Part shown: in pieces, positions 25,466 through 36,342 of the stretch
Layout of the letters: each line of letters starts with the position of its first letter
Numbering within the stretch: position 1 is the stretch's first letter
NCBI GenBank assembly: GCA_964453785.1
Contig: CAYVRK010000015.1
Span: 7,142 to 71,141, forward strand
Origin: an uncultured Bacteroides sp.
Lineage (GTDB): Bacteria; Bacteroidota; Bacteroidia; Bacteroidales; GCA-2748055
Reading direction: 5' to 3'
Length of the DNA stretch: 64,000 nucleotides
Notes under the pieces: generated by a model
Database searches by the model: none
Told to the model about the DNA's origin: nothing
Seen by the model: the letters and a program-made list of their open reading frames with translations, nothing else
Made by a program: the position numbers and the translations under genes

Positions 25466-27076
25466 TCAATTAAATACCGGAAATGGCAAATTCTCCTTCA
25501 TCTGAGGTGGAGTTTGGGTAGAGTTGATATGATCGATCAGCAGCAGGGCATATTTGATGGTTTGCTTCATGCCCTCCAGTTCCCATTCGGGATTGAACTC
25601 ATCCCTTACGGTATGATAGTCCTTCCCCCAGAATTCGGTATAGTTTTTGTCCCCGTTTATTTCGTCTTCACCAGCCGAGATCCAGACCGAAGGGATCCCG
25701 TAACGGGCAAAGGAGAACTGGTCGGAACGGTAGAAGAGTCCCTGGTTGGAAAGGGAGAAAGTGGAATAGTTCAGACCGTCACTGGTAGCCAGATCCCTGA
25801 TCATCTCCTCGAAACCGGAGAAGCGCGCACCTATGCCCATGATACTTTCTGAGGCTTGCCATACCGGGGTGGATTCGAAGTTGATGTTGGCAACAATGGT
25901 ACTACGGTCCGTATTCCGGGCATAATACTTGGAACCCAGCAATCCGGATTCTTCCGCATTGCACCCCAGGATGGTCACCGAATAATAAAGATCTTCCTGG
26001 AACTCTTTCAGCACTTTGGCCACCACCATCATGGCTCCCACTGCCGTTCCATTGTCGATGGCCCCGTTGTAAATGTTGTCTCCCTCCTTCAGGGGATCCA
26101 GGCCCAGGTGGTCCAGGTGGGCGCTCAGCACAATCCGCTTCTTGCTCTTTCCGGGAATCTCAGCCACCACGTTGCGGGTGGTCACCTGGCGGAAACTGTT
26201 TTTGCCTTTGACCCGGAATGGAATTCCCAGTTCAAGGGGATGGAAGTCTGCTGTGGCATTTCCTTCATAAAGCTCCTCCAGGTCAACTCCTGAAGCGGCC
26301 AGAACCCGTTTCAGGCTGCTCTCCCTGATCCAGCCCCTGAACTTCAGGTTGTTTTGCAGGTCGGAATCGATATACAACTCCTCTCCTGTCCATGAATTCT
26401 TTACCACATTCCAGTCATACCCGGCCGATTCATCGGTATGGATCAGCAGGATTCCTGCGGCACCCCGCCTGGCGGCTTCTTCGATATGGTAGGTCCACCG
26501 GCCGAAATAGGTCAGTGTTTTCCCTTCGAAAACTCCGTCATCAATCATCCCCGGATCATTGACGCGGGTAACCACGATTTTATCCTTCACATCCACATCC
26601 TTGTAGTCGTCCCACTCCCAGATTCCGGTTGTGATCCCAAATCCCACAAACACCGCTTCACCTTTAAAATCAACCTCCTCCTGTTCAACGGAAAAGGTTC
26701 CAACGATATCATCAAGGTATTCAAGGTCAACGCCATTGGCATTTACGGAAAATCCTGTATTGGAAAAACCTTTCATCACGAAGGGCTGGAAATAGGAACC
26801 TTCCACTCCCGGGTTCAGACCAATGAATTTACAGAGTGCCTGCATGGAAATTTCTGCCAGATCCCCTCCCCTGGTTCCCGGAGCACGGCCTTCAAACAGG
26901 TCATTTCCCAGCAATTCAGTCACACTCTCCATTTCCGGTCTCGATACCCGGTCGATCCGCTGTTCAAGTGTCTCACCCTTCCGGGAGTTGCAACCCATTA
27001 ACATGACACTAAAACCCATTAATACAATATACCCTGTTGTCTTCATATTCTGTTTGTTATGTCCTGTCCCTTTCAC
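25466..27076 (-). CDS. M28 family metallopeptidase with a PA domain
   Basis: It shows LSAHLDHLG, AIDNGTAVGAMMVVAKVL, NAEESGLLGSKYY and YHTVRD. Confidence 0.85.
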   Translation of the reverse strand: MKGTGHNKQNMKTTGYIVLMGFSVMLMGCNSRKGETLEQRIDRVSRPEMESVTELLGNDLFEGRAPGTRGGDLAEISMQALCKFIGLNPGVEGSYFQPFVMKGFSNTGFSVNANGVDLEYLDDIVGTFSVEQEEVDFKGEAVFVGFGITTGIWEWDDYKDVDVKDKIVVTRVNDPGMIDDGVFEGKTLTYFGRWTYHIEEAARRGAAGILLIHTDESAGYDWNVVKNSWTGEELYIDSDLQNNLKFRGWIRESSLKRVLAASGVDLEELYEGNATADFHPLELGIPFRVKGKNSFRQVTTRNVVAEIPGKSKKRIVLSAHLDHLGLDPLKEGDNIYNGAIDNGTAVGAMMVVAKVLKEFQEDLYYSVTILGCNAEESGLLGSKYYARNTDRSTIVANINFESTPVWQASESIMGIGARFSGFEEMIRDLATSDGLNYSTFSLSNQGLFYRSDQFSFARYGIPSVWISAGEDEINGDKNYTEFWGKDYHTVRDEFNPEWELEGMKQTIKYALLLIDHINSTQTPPQMKENLPFPVFN

Positions 27077-27125
27077 CTTTTTCCTTTCACCTTGCCACGA
27101 AATACTGAGTACTCAGTGCTTCGTG
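27068..27125. repeat. Intergenic repeat, site A: TTCCTTTCACCTT 13-mer plus a 30-nt palindrome centred on ACTGAGTACTCAGT
   Basis: 27081-27093 is TTCCTTTCACCTT. 27096-27125 is CACGAAATACTGAGTACTCAGTGCTTCGTG, a 15-bp stem with one mismatch and one wobble. The palindrome overlaps the methyltransferase stop. Confidence 0.7.
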
Positions 27126-27730
27126 GCCCAACCCCAATAGTTAAAACTTGTCCCCCGCCAGCCATCCAGGTACCCCTTGTTCAAACCGTCCGTATGAAAA
27201 CCGCACTGCTCCAGCAACAGCCCGATATCGCGGTTCAGGTTGCATCCACCTCCTATCCTTTTCCAGAGGGGGTTGATCCGGTTCTGGAAGCGCTCAAGCT
27301 TTTCATCGGGAGCCTTTCCGTGCTCTGAGAAGATCAATTTGCCTCCGGGCTTCAGAACCCTGTATATCTCATTCAGCGACTGCTCAATTGGATTGACGGA
27401 ACACAGGGTATAGGTACTCACAACTGTATCAAAGGTATCATCTTCAAAAGAAATATGATCTGCCATACCCCGGATGTAAGTCACTTTAAAATTCAGAGCC
27501 GAAAGATCCGTTGTTCTTCGTTCCCACAATTCTATGGAGGGGTCAATGGCTGTCAGTTGTGTCACTTTCGAGCCGTTATACAGCTCCAGTGTATTCCCCG
27601 ATCCGATCCCGATCTCCAGGACATGTCCCACAGCCAGGGGAATCAGTTTTTCCCGCTGCTCCCGGCTGGTAACTGAACTACACGCCCAGTCTATCACCCC
27701 GGGCAGGATATATGTCTTGTAGATTCCCAA
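27113..27730 (-). CDS. Class I SAM-dependent methyltransferase
   Basis: Motif I is VLEIGIGSGNTL and the post-I/II regions include LKPGGKLIFSEH. Confidence 0.85.
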   Translation of the reverse strand: MGIYKTYILPGVIDWACSSVTSREQREKLIPLAVGHVLEIGIGSGNTLELYNGSKVTQLTAIDPSIELWERRTTDLSALNFKVTYIRGMADHISFEDDTFDTVVSTYTLCSVNPIEQSLNEIYRVLKPGGKLIFSEHGKAPDEKLERFQNRINPLWKRIGGGCNLNRDIGLLLEQCGFHTDGLNKGYLDGWRGTSFNYWGWATKH

Positions 27731-27748
27731 ACCCGTTCCCGCACGCTC

Positions 27749-28438
27749 CTACTTCATCAGATCCTTCAGTTGTCCCGTTTTCCCTGATTCCCTGATTCGC
27801 TGAATATCTTCAATGGTAAGAACACGCTTGATCATAGAAGTTGATTTTCTTTTAGGATACTCGTAATAGTAATAGGTATTGTCATCAAAGTCCATATAGT
27901 TCAGTGTTCTCGAAATCATGGGATAAGAATCGACCGCAATACACATGGTTCCGTCTGCCAGTTCAAAGTAAAGTTGTAAAGGTGAGTGTTCGGTAATCAC
28001 TTCATCGCTCCAGGTATTGGGGGTCATGGTTCCATGTTCATAATAGGACTCTATCTCTGTCCCGTTGTGATAAAAACTCATCACCTCGTATAAGGTATTA
28101 CTGGAAAGATTCCTCACAATATAAGTGGTGGGCTGGGTGATGGTGACATTCTTGGTGGCCTGGCTCTCTCCACCCCTTCCCTTGGCCATCAGGGCCACTG
28201 TGTAGGTGCCCGCCTGGTTAAAGGTATGTACCGGCTCTGTTTCCGTGGAAATATCCCCATCACCAAATTCCCATCTATAGCTGTCTGCCTCCTCCGACAG
28301 ATTTATAAAAGTAATTTCGGCAGGGGCGGTATTATCGGTATAGGAGTAATCAAAACTGGCAACGGGTTCGGGGTAACAACCCTGCAGGATTGCCACCATA
28401 ACAGCGATCGGGACAATGTATAAGGCTTTCATATTCAA
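27749..28438 (-). CDS. PKD-domain lipoprotein
   Basis: The lipobox is ILQGC. The PKD signature is ITFINLSEEADSYRWEFGDGDISTETEPVHTFNQAGTYTVAL. Confidence 0.8.
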   Translation of the reverse strand: MNMKALYIVPIAVMVAILQGCYPEPVASFDYSYTDNTAPAEITFINLSEEADSYRWEFGDGDISTETEPVHTFNQAGTYTVALMAKGRGGESQATKNVTITQPTTYIVRNLSSNTLYEVMSFYHNGTEIESYYEHGTMTPNTWSDEVITEHSPLQLYFELADGTMCIAVDSYPMISRTLNYMDFDDNTYYYYEYPKRKSTSMIKRVLTIEDIQRIRESGKTGQLKDLMK

Positions 28439-28612
28439 TCAGGTTTACGCTGGTTTGATTTTCTCAAAATACGAAATAAATCAATAAGGACAATCAGGAA
28501 CCACCTGTGAGGGCCATCTTGGAACATATCTCCTCCAGTTCATGGCGCCTGTTCCGGGCAACCTTCAGGGTAACAGCAGGATCACCTTTAAGCTTGCAAA
28601 TGCTGCTTCTTT

Positions 28613-29968
28613 TCACACCATTGTTGACAACGATGGATTGTCAGCCCGGAAGGCAAGAAACAGCAGTCCTGCTGAAACGGCAAGACAGATCCATCCCACC
28701 AGGTCATAATGCCCGGTCCATCCGAATGAAAGACTGAACATATAAGGTCCCAGCGCAGATCCGATCACGGTCCAGCTGAGAGAGGCCCCCGATATGGCCC
28801 CCAGGTTTTTTAAGCCGTAGAATCTGGGCCAGGTCACGCCGATCAGCACCGTGTAAAGTCCCCATACAACACCGTTTCCTGTTACAATGAGCCAGTAAGC
28901 CCCGTCCATTCCTCCCAGGCTCGTAAGTCCGAAGGCGGTAACAAGCATGCCGGCCATGAAGAGAATCAGCAGGTACTTCAATTTCACAAAGTCACTTATG
29001 TAACTACAAATGAACTGAATACCTACAGCTATGACCGAGGTGGGGATAAAAATCGACAGTCCTTTGGCCCGGGTCAGTCCGGATGACTCAAAAACCGAAA
29101 CGATATGGAAAGTGAATCCGCTGATATAGAGTGCCGAGATGGCCAGTGCCATCGTGAATGCCCAGAAAGCCTTCGTCCTCCTGGCTTCACCCAGGCTGAA
29201 ATCATGGTCAGGAAGACTGGGAGGCCTGCTTTTCTGCCTTCTCCCCCGCATTTTACCATCGGCTTCCAGACCACAGTCCCGTGGATTGTCCCTGAAAATG
29301 GCAAGCACAAAAAGCGCAAAAACAATCCCTACCACCAGGGCCATGAAGATCCAGGCACCCCTCCAATGGAGCCTTACAATGATCGTGTTCAATAGCTTAG
29401 GGGCAATGGCAAATCCCATGGCTGTGAAGATGCCAAGCACAGCGTTGGCCATGCCCCTTCTTTTGTCAAACCATTTCATCACCATGTTCCTGGATACCAT
29501 GGTAAGCATCCCCTGGCCGAAAAACCTGATCCCAAAAAATCCCAGTGAAAGCAATGCGAATGTAAGCAGGCCCGGAGAGAACCAGTTGACCCAAGCCAGT
29601 GCGCCCGCAATCCTATCCACCCTTGTAAGGTAAATCAGCATCACGCCGAGCAGAACCCCCGAAACAAAGGCCATGATCCGCGCACCATATCTGTCATAGA
29701 GTTTGCCTGCCCTGGTAATGAGAAGCCCGGATAGCGTGGTGCCCACCAGATATGCCAGGCTCAGACTGTTCCGGTTGATGGCCAGGTCTTCAATCAGGTT
29801 TTCTGTAAAAACAGACACCCCCATGGTCTGGCCGGGAATACTCATCAGGACCCCGATGATTCCTGCGGCCAGGATCACCCAACCATAGAAGAAAGGGAGC
29901 CTGGATGGGGAGAAGGGTTTATTGCAGTGTCGTTTCATTCCGGCAGGTTTGACAGGTAAATGGATCAA
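28613..29968 (-). CDS. MFS transporter
   Basis: A 451-aa product with about 12 hydrophobic spans and a charged central loop (RDNPRDCGLEADGKMRGRRQKSRPP). Confidence 0.8.
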   Translation of the reverse strand: MIHLPVKPAGMKRHCNKPFSPSRLPFFYGWVILAAGIIGVLMSIPGQTMGVSVFTENLIEDLAINRNSLSLAYLVGTTLSGLLITRAGKLYDRYGARIMAFVSGVLLGVMLIYLTRVDRIAGALAWVNWFSPGLLTFALLSLGFFGIRFFGQGMLTMVSRNMVMKWFDKRRGMANAVLGIFTAMGFAIAPKLLNTIIVRLHWRGAWIFMALVVGIVFALFVLAIFRDNPRDCGLEADGKMRGRRQKSRPPSLPDHDFSLGEARRTKAFWAFTMALAISALYISGFTFHIVSVFESSGLTRAKGLSIFIPTSVIAVGIQFICSYISDFVKLKYLLILFMAGMLVTAFGLTSLGGMDGAYWLIVTGNGVVWGLYTVLIGVTWPRFYGLKNLGAISGASLSWTVIGSALGPYMFSLSFGWTGHYDLVGWICLAVSAGLLFLAFRADNPSLSTMV

Positions 29969-30064
29969 AGATATATTATAAAGATTATAAAGAAGTTGCA
30001 GAATGTAACCAGCCCTGGAAAAAAAAGTCTACTTTTGACCCACAAGTTCATCAAAGAGAATCCA

Positions 30065-31132
30065 ATGAAACCATTAAAAATCGGAGAATTAACCATACGG
30101 GTCCCTATTATACAGGGCGGAATGGGCATAGGTATCTCTTTGTCAAAACTTGCATCAGCAGTGGCCAACATGGGTGGTGTGGGGATCATCTCCACCGTGG
30201 GAATCGGACTTACCTCCAAAACCAACAAACTGGGATACAAAAAAAGCAACATTGTGGCCATCAGGGAAGAAATCCGGAAAGCCAGGGAACTTACCCCGGG
30301 GGTACTGGGCGTAAACATCATGGCTGTGATCACCAACTTTTCCGACATGGTCAGAACGTCCATCGAGGAGGGAATCGATATTATTTTCTCCGGGGCCGGT
30401 CTGCCGCTGGATCTTCCCAAATACCTGGTGGGGGGTGCCAAAACAAAACTGGTACCCATCGTTTCTTCGGGCAGGGCCGCCAGCATCATTGCCCAGAAAT
30501 GGCAGCAGAACTTTAATTACCTGCCCGATGCATTTGTGGTGGAAGGCCCGAAAGCGGGCGGACACCTGGGTTTTAAAGCCGAGGCGCTACAGGAGATCGG
30601 GAATAAACTGGAAAACCTTGTGGATGAAGTGGTGAGGGTGGCTATGGAACTCAAAGAGAGATTCAACAAAGAGATACCGGTTATTGCCGCCGGAGGAATT
30701 TTTTCCGGAGAGGATATCAAAGAGATCATGAAGAGGGGCGCCAGTGCAGTTCAGCTGGGTACCCGTTTTATAGCAACCAAAGAGTGCGATGCGTCCGAAG
30801 AATTCAAACAGGCCGTGGTAGATGCCAGGGAGGAGGATATTCAAATTATCAAGAGTCCTGTGGGGATGCCGGGCCGCAGCATCTTCAACCGGTTTCTCCA
30901 GGAAGCCGGGGAAGGCCAGAGACGTCCGGCAGTCTGCAAACACAACTGCATCCGTTCCTGTAACCCCAAGACCACCCTGTATTGTATCTCCGAAGCACTT
31001 CTGGCAGCCTTTAAGGGCAACCTGAAAGATGGTTTTGCATTTGTGGGGTCCAATGCCGGGAGGGTCAAAGAAATCACTACTGTAAAAGAGATCTTTGACG
31101 AATTACAGACCGAATACGACCAGGCCCTTTAA
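30065..31132 (+). CDS. NAD(P)H-dependent flavin oxidoreductase (nitronate monooxygenase / FabK-like)
   Basis: It shows PIIQGGMGIGIS, VVEGPKAGGHLG and AAGGIFSGEDI. The start is moved to ATG 30065, because the upstream part of the track ORF overlaps the MFS gene start. Confidence 0.85.
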   Translation: MKPLKIGELTIRVPIIQGGMGIGISLSKLASAVANMGGVGIISTVGIGLTSKTNKLGYKKSNIVAIREEIRKARELTPGVLGVNIMAVITNFSDMVRTSIEEGIDIIFSGAGLPLDLPKYLVGGAKTKLVPIVSSGRAASIIAQKWQQNFNYLPDAFVVEGPKAGGHLGFKAEALQEIGNKLENLVDEVVRVAMELKERFNKEIPVIAAGGIFSGEDIKEIMKRGASAVQLGTRFIATKECDASEEFKQAVVDAREEDIQIIKSPVGMPGRSIFNRFLQEAGEGQRRPAVCKHNCIRSCNPKTTLYCISEALLAAFKGNLKDGFAFVGSNAGRVKEITTVKEIFDELQTEYDQAL

Positions 31133-31896
31133 TCACTCCTACCCAGCGCCTCCAGCCAGGTTTCAGCCATAAGCTGCGCCCCTGCCATGGAGGGGTGTAC
31201 ACCATCATGGGTCCAGTAGGTGGGGGGGGCAATCTTCCTGGCCCTGTCAAAGGCCTCCTGGAAAGGCACCCATACCGCATCAAACGCATCTGCTATATTT
31301 CTGGCGATCTCCTGATAAGGTTTGAAAGGCTCAAGCCAGGTCTCATCCACTGCAGATGTATCTGTCACGATGAAAGGCTGGCAGATCACCAGTCTCATAT
31401 CCGGCAATTGCTCTTTGGTACGGTTCAGCAGGTCCCTGTAATCCTTCTCATAAACCTCGGGCGTACCGTCATACTTTCCATTGCGAAAATGCCAGTAATC
31501 ATTCACCCCTATCAGGATGCTGAGGACATTGGGCTTCAGCATCAGGCAATCTTTGTCCCACCGTTCGGCGAGCTGGTACACCTTGTTCCCGCTGATCCCC
31601 CTGTTATAAATGGTCAATTCCTTTTCTGCCATCTCTCCTAGTAGCCAGGAAGCCGCCAGTTGGGCATAACCGGTTCCGAATGAGCCAGCGTGGTTGGGCC
31701 ACTCATTTTCCTTGTCCCTCCCTGCGTCGGTGATGGAATCCCCCTGGAAAAGAACCACATCCCCGTGGAAAAAATAATTGCTGATCCTTCCCGCTTCATT
31801 GTTGCCCGAACATGATCCTGTGAGCAATGGCATTCCGGCCACGGCGGCTGCACCCATACCGGCATTTCTGAAGAAATTTCTTCTTGAGGTTTTCAT
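31129..31896 (-). CDS. SGNH/GDSL hydrolase with a Tat signal
   Basis: It shows SRRNFFRNAGMGAAAVAG, block I GDSITDAG and block V DGVHPS. The start is set at ATG 31896 rather than TTG 31923. Confidence 0.8.
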   Translation of the reverse strand: MKTSRRNFFRNAGMGAAAVAGMPLLTGSCSGNNEAGRISNYFFHGDVVLFQGDSITDAGRDKENEWPNHAGSFGTGYAQLAASWLLGEMAEKELTIYNRGISGNKVYQLAERWDKDCLMLKPNVLSILIGVNDYWHFRNGKYDGTPEVYEKDYRDLLNRTKEQLPDMRLVICQPFIVTDTSAVDETWLEPFKPYQEIARNIADAFDAVWVPFQEAFDRARKIAPPTYWTHDGVHPSMAGAQLMAETWLEALGRSD

Positions 31897-31981
31897 AAAA
31901 TAAAGGTAGTAATTCCTGTTCAAATTCTTGACAAAGGATTATCTTGGACCAGCAATTACATCACCAACATTCATATGAGCT

Positions 31982-32956
31982 ATGAAATACCGCAAATTAG
32001 GGAAGAGCGGACCGGAGGTATCAGAAATTGGTTTCGGTGCCTGGGCCATTGGCGGAAGCTGGGGCGATCAAAAAGAGTCAGACTCACAGGAAGCACTTGA
32101 GACAGCCCTTGAAAAGGGTGTGAATTTCATCGATACCGCTGCAGGGTATGGAAACGGGAAATCGGAGCAGATCATCGGCCGGTTTCTGAAGTCCCGTTCC
32201 GAAAAAGTACATGTATGCACAAAGACACCCCCGGCTCCCGGGAAGTGGCCTCCCACTCCCTATTGCATGATCGGGGAGCGGTACCCGGAAAAATACCTGC
32301 GTGAAAACGTTGAGGAGAGGCTTACCAATCTTCAGACAGAAAGCCTTGATGTGTTGTTGCTCCATACCTGGACCCGTGCCTGGAATGACCGGCCCCTGGC
32401 CCTGGAGATCCTTCAAAAAATGAAACAGGAAGGGCTGATCAAACAAATCGGGATCTCTACTCCCGAACATGACCAGAATTGCGTGATACAGCTCATGCGG
32501 GACGGCATGGTGGACGTGTTGCAGGTGATTTACAATATTTTTGAGCAGGAACCTGCCGCACAGATTTTCCCGGTGGCGCAGGAAACGGGAACCGGCATCA
32601 TTGTGAGGGTGGCCTTCGATGAAGGTGTTCTTACAGGAAAATACAAGGGTGATGAGACTTTCGCAGACGGGGACTTCCGGAGCAATTATTATGCAGGAGA
32701 CAGGCTTATGCGCGGTGTACAAAGAACCGAAAAGATCCGCAAAGCGTTTGAAGGGAGCGGCTACTCCATGCCTGAACTGGCACTGAAGTTTGCCATTTCC
32801 CATCCGGCTGTCTCCACCGTAATCCCGGGCATCCGAAACCGGAAGCAGGCCCTGCAAAACACCGCTGTTTCGGACCTTCCGGATCTGTCAGAGAGGGATC
32901 TGCACCGCTTGCGGGAACATATGTGGAACAGGGGATTCTGGTACGGGGGGAAATAA
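31982..32956 (+). CDS. Aldo/keto reductase
   Basis: It shows LGKSGPEVSEIGFGAWAIGG, FIDTAAGYGNGKSE and IPGIRNRKQ. Confidence 0.9.
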   Translation: MKYRKLGKSGPEVSEIGFGAWAIGGSWGDQKESDSQEALETALEKGVNFIDTAAGYGNGKSEQIIGRFLKSRSEKVHVCTKTPPAPGKWPPTPYCMIGERYPEKYLRENVEERLTNLQTESLDVLLLHTWTRAWNDRPLALEILQKMKQEGLIKQIGISTPEHDQNCVIQLMRDGMVDVLQVIYNIFEQEPAAQIFPVAQETGTGIIVRVAFDEGVLTGKYKGDETFADGDFRSNYYAGDRLMRGVQRTEKIRKAFEGSGYSMPELALKFAISHPAVSTVIPGIRNRKQALQNTAVSDLPDLSERDLHRLREHMWNRGFWYGGK

Positions 32957-32990
32957 AGAGCGTCTCCCGGTTCGTCAAACATAAGCTGAA

Positions 32991-34262
32991 TCAATATACC
33001 GCCATCACCTTCAAGGGCCTCTCTTCCCGCATGATCTCGCGGGAAAGCGGCTGGCTGCCCAACCATAGCCGGTTCTCCCCTATCTCAAAGCTTGCTCCCG
33101 GACCGGTATTTTCGTCCATGGACTCCCATTTTAGCCATTCCAGGAACCTGCCGGCTTCGGTATAACTTCTGAATTGCAGCGGGTATTCCATGCCGGTAAG
33201 GGTTCGGATTCGTACCTTTTTCTGTCCGGATTCGGTACCAATGCTCCAGAGCGAAGGGAGATAATCCTGTTTCTTAAAAAGCGTGACCTCCCTGGTTACT
33301 TTTCCCTTATAAAAAGCCACACGGTCGTCCCACTCCTGGAAGGTTTTCCATCCCGATACCACATGCCTGTATATATATTCCATTTCCAGTATTCCGGTAA
33401 TGGCTTCTGGTGCATCTTCCATGCGGGGGACCATTATATCCACAAATTTCAGGGCAGGCACTGCCTCCGTCCCTCCCTTTGCTTCTCGGGAGAAAAGAGG
33501 AATGGTGATCCGTTCCGGAAAACCATCAAACTGAAGTGACACGTCCGCAATCACATTTCCTGTCAGGTCGGCTCCGCGGGTCCCCTCCTCCACCATCTCG
33601 AGCCTGTGATCACCGATACTCCCGTTCAGCTTCAGATACCTGGATCTGACCACCTGTTTCTCATTCCGGTCCACTGAGCTTTTAACACTCCCCTCTGTGA
33701 TCTCTCCGCTCACCTGGGCATCCATCTCCAGGCTCCTGGAGAAACTCACATCCGCAATCTCGATCTCCCCGTATTCGGTGGAGTAGCGGTTCCATCCTGT
33801 GAAGTGAAGATTGGCCTTTGCCGGAATCCGGAGACTGAATCTCAGGGACTCGATCCGGTCAGCCGGTGAATACAGCTCCCCGGGCTTGCCCAGGGCCGAT
33901 TGGTCATGTTCCCTGGAGATGGTGAAAACCATCCGCAGGCTGGACGTGGTATAATCCGTCACAGGTCCGGCACCCTTCTGCATGTACTCCTGGTTGAGGG
34001 CACCTGTAAACTGTCCGTTATCAGGATACCTTTCATGAAGGATCTGGATCAGCTGGGTCTGGGCACTTGCACTCAGGTCCCACAGGTTTTTCCCTGAGGG
34101 ATCAAAGCCGGGAGGCTCAAGTCTTGCTCCGAACAGATCCATATCCACCAGAGAACGGGCCTCTCCTTTGTAAGTAGCGGATTTAAACCGTTTTACCGTT
34201 GTACAGCCTGATGCAATGAAAACAAGTACCCATGCGGTACAGAGGAACATCCGGGTTTTCAT
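32991..34262 (-). CDS. Hypothetical lipoprotein (423 aa)
   Basis: It has a signal and lipobox (FIASGC). I recognise no domain. Confidence 0.7.
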   Translation of the reverse strand: MKTRMFLCTAWVLVFIASGCTTVKRFKSATYKGEARSLVDMDLFGARLEPPGFDPSGKNLWDLSASAQTQLIQILHERYPDNGQFTGALNQEYMQKGAGPVTDYTTSSLRMVFTISREHDQSALGKPGELYSPADRIESLRFSLRIPAKANLHFTGWNRYSTEYGEIEIADVSFSRSLEMDAQVSGEITEGSVKSSVDRNEKQVVRSRYLKLNGSIGDHRLEMVEEGTRGADLTGNVIADVSLQFDGFPERITIPLFSREAKGGTEAVPALKFVDIMVPRMEDAPEAITGILEMEYIYRHVVSGWKTFQEWDDRVAFYKGKVTREVTLFKKQDYLPSLWSIGTESGQKKVRIRTLTGMEYPLQFRSYTEAGRFLEWLKWESMDENTGPGASFEIGENRLWLGSQPLSREIMREERPLKVMAVY

Positions 34263-34591
34263 GGTATATTAGTTTTGACGGGTCTTGATTCAGTTGCGGT
34301 ACACCCGGGCCCTTAACCATGGCCCGTGGACTTCACTGCAGGAAATGCTGATCTCCTTCACCAGATCACCTCCGGGAAATTCCAGGTCAGGGGTACAATT
34401 CAGCGACATTCTATCCGTATACACATCATCCCCGCTGCGGTGGATGCAACGCTCAACACCGAGATTCTGAACAACTAAATAATACATGCTATTTTCGCTT
34501 TTGCTTCTTCAATATTCCCATATTAAAAGTAACAAATCATGAAATATGAGTCAAGTATTCTTCAGGCATCGTGCATGGGATCAGATACCTT

Positions 34592-35455
34592 TCACAACTC
34601 TATTTGTGTGGTTTTGTATCCCTTCTTCTTCAGCATCCTGATGATTCCATCCGTGCCAAATACATGCAAGGCTCCCACCAGAACCAATTCCACATCCTCA
34701 TTGTCCAGGTATGAATCAATGATGGTTATCCAATTGTTATTCCGGTCTGCCAGCACCTGATCGTAAACCTCCGGATACTCCTTCTTCATCTCTTTTTGAA
34801 GATCTCTGAATATCTTTTCATTTCCCTGGAGCCAGTTTGCCTTGATGTCAGCACCCAACGCATCCATCTGATCCAATTCATCCAAAAATTGAAGCACCAA
34901 TTGGTCTTCATTTTCCTCCTCTTCACCAAAGAGTATTTCCAATTGGCTGTCCACTGTTTCCAAAAACAAAAGAGCCTTCCTGTCAGCAAGGGCCCTGGAG
35001 AGATAATACTGATCAACGCCGGCAGAAGTGCTTCCGGATTGTTGCATTTTGGTCACGGAAATAATCAGCATGACCATGGATGGTTTAAATTTAGACAGGG
35101 ATGTCAGCGGAACTTCAATCTTTGCACACTCTTCTTCCAGCCTTCCATAGACCTCTTCGCTCAGTACACTTTGCAGCGTCCGTCCGTCCTGGTACATAGC
35201 CATGGTCATCATCCTTTGAACCACAGCAGGATCTTCCATTTTTTTCAAATCGGCCTCCAGAACCAATACATCCGACCAGGCATAGGCACTGTCAAATTCA
35301 ACCGGCAGTGGGTAATCCTCAGGAGTTAGCAGATGCATGGTTCCTCCAATGTAAACGGTGTTTCCTTTTCCTTCCACTTTCCAGACCGAAGATTGTGCTG
35401 CACAAACAGAAATCAGTGCAAAACTTATTGTGAGTACAAAGAATAGTTTTTTCAT
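34592..35455 (-). CDS. TraB/GumN family protein
   Basis: There is a signal peptide plus GGTMHLL and LVLVGALHVFG motifs. Confidence 0.8.
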   Translation of the reverse strand: MKKLFFVLTISFALISVCAAQSSVWKVEGKGNTVYIGGTMHLLTPEDYPLPVEFDSAYAWSDVLVLEADLKKMEDPAVVQRMMTMAMYQDGRTLQSVLSEEVYGRLEEECAKIEVPLTSLSKFKPSMVMLIISVTKMQQSGSTSAGVDQYYLSRALADRKALLFLETVDSQLEILFGEEEENEDQLVLQFLDELDQMDALGADIKANWLQGNEKIFRDLQKEMKKEYPEVYDQVLADRNNNWITIIDSYLDNEDVELVLVGALHVFGTDGIIRMLKKKGYKTTQIEL

Positions 35456-35458
35456 GTG

Positions 35459-36325
35459 CTATTTTTTTGGTTCAACCCACTCGAGGATCCTGGCAAAAAT
35501 CTTATTCCGGTTGAGTTCGTTGAAGTTTTCGTGAAAGTTTCCGGGGTAATGCTGAACCGTGACCAGATCCGGCTCTATCTCACCAATCATTCGATTGGCT
35601 GCATCATTATCAGCGATTCTGTCATCGCCTGCGAGGATGAACAACACCGGGTGTTTCCAGCGCGAAATATTTCCAGGGATCCAACGCTGGGCTTTTATCA
35701 ACTCATGGCCACTCCTGGTTGTTACGGATGAAACCACGTATCCATCCTCCTCATCCTTCCTCTGTCTGTCACAGACCTCTTTATCATGGGTGACAACCGC
35801 CTTGAAGTCCTCGGTGGGAATGATCATCCCGGGTACCAGGAGTGCTAAAAATCCTACCAGGGTGATCATGATCCGGGGGACCTTTACTGCATTGACATAA
35901 TAGGGTGAGGACAAAATAAACCCCCTGACCACCGGGTCAGGCTTCAGGCGGCTTATGCCAAAATGTGTGGCCACCAGGCATCCCATGGAATGGGCCAGAA
36001 TGAATACGGGGTTTCCGGGATATTGCTCTTTCACCCATGTAGTCATCAGTTCCAGGTCCTCTGTCAGGGCTTCAAACCGGGAAATGGAAACTTTTCCGGG
36101 ATGATCAGGGCCCTTATGGTCATGTCCCTGCTGGGCATAAGCCACCGAGGCAATACCGTGGCCCCTGAAATAAAGCGCCGGCAAAATATAATTTCCACAA
36201 TGGTCCATGAGGCCATGTACAATCAGAAATACCATCTGTGGCTTTTCCGGTTCCCAGATGTGGATGCTGCGCTGTTTCCCGTCGCTACAGGTCAGCTTTT
36301 CAATGCGGTCTTCTGAAAATCTCAT
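35459..36325 (-). CDS. Alpha/beta hydrolase (lysophospholipase/monoglyceride lipase-like)
   Basis: It has an HG oxyanion motif (LIVHGLMDH) and a nucleophile elbow (AHSMGC). Confidence 0.85.
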   Translation of the reverse strand: MRFSEDRIEKLTCSDGKQRSIHIWEPEKPQMVFLIVHGLMDHCGNYILPALYFRGHGIASVAYAQQGHDHKGPDHPGKVSISRFEALTEDLELMTTWVKEQYPGNPVFILAHSMGCLVATHFGISRLKPDPVVRGFILSSPYYVNAVKVPRIMITLVGFLALLVPGMIIPTEDFKAVVTHDKEVCDRQRKDEEDGYVVSSVTTRSGHELIKAQRWIPGNISRWKHPVLFILAGDDRIADNDAANRMIGEIEPDLVTVQHYPGNFHENFNELNRNKIFARILEWVEPKK

Positions 36326-36342
36326 TGCTTGCTTTCTATGGT

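Noticed and set aside
34290-34487. 65-aa minus-strand ORF (and its plus-strand mirror 34285..34470) between the TraB-like gene and the 423-aa lipoprotein gene
   Set aside because: It has no recognisable motif, and both strands are open to about the same extent. There is not enough support to call it a gene.
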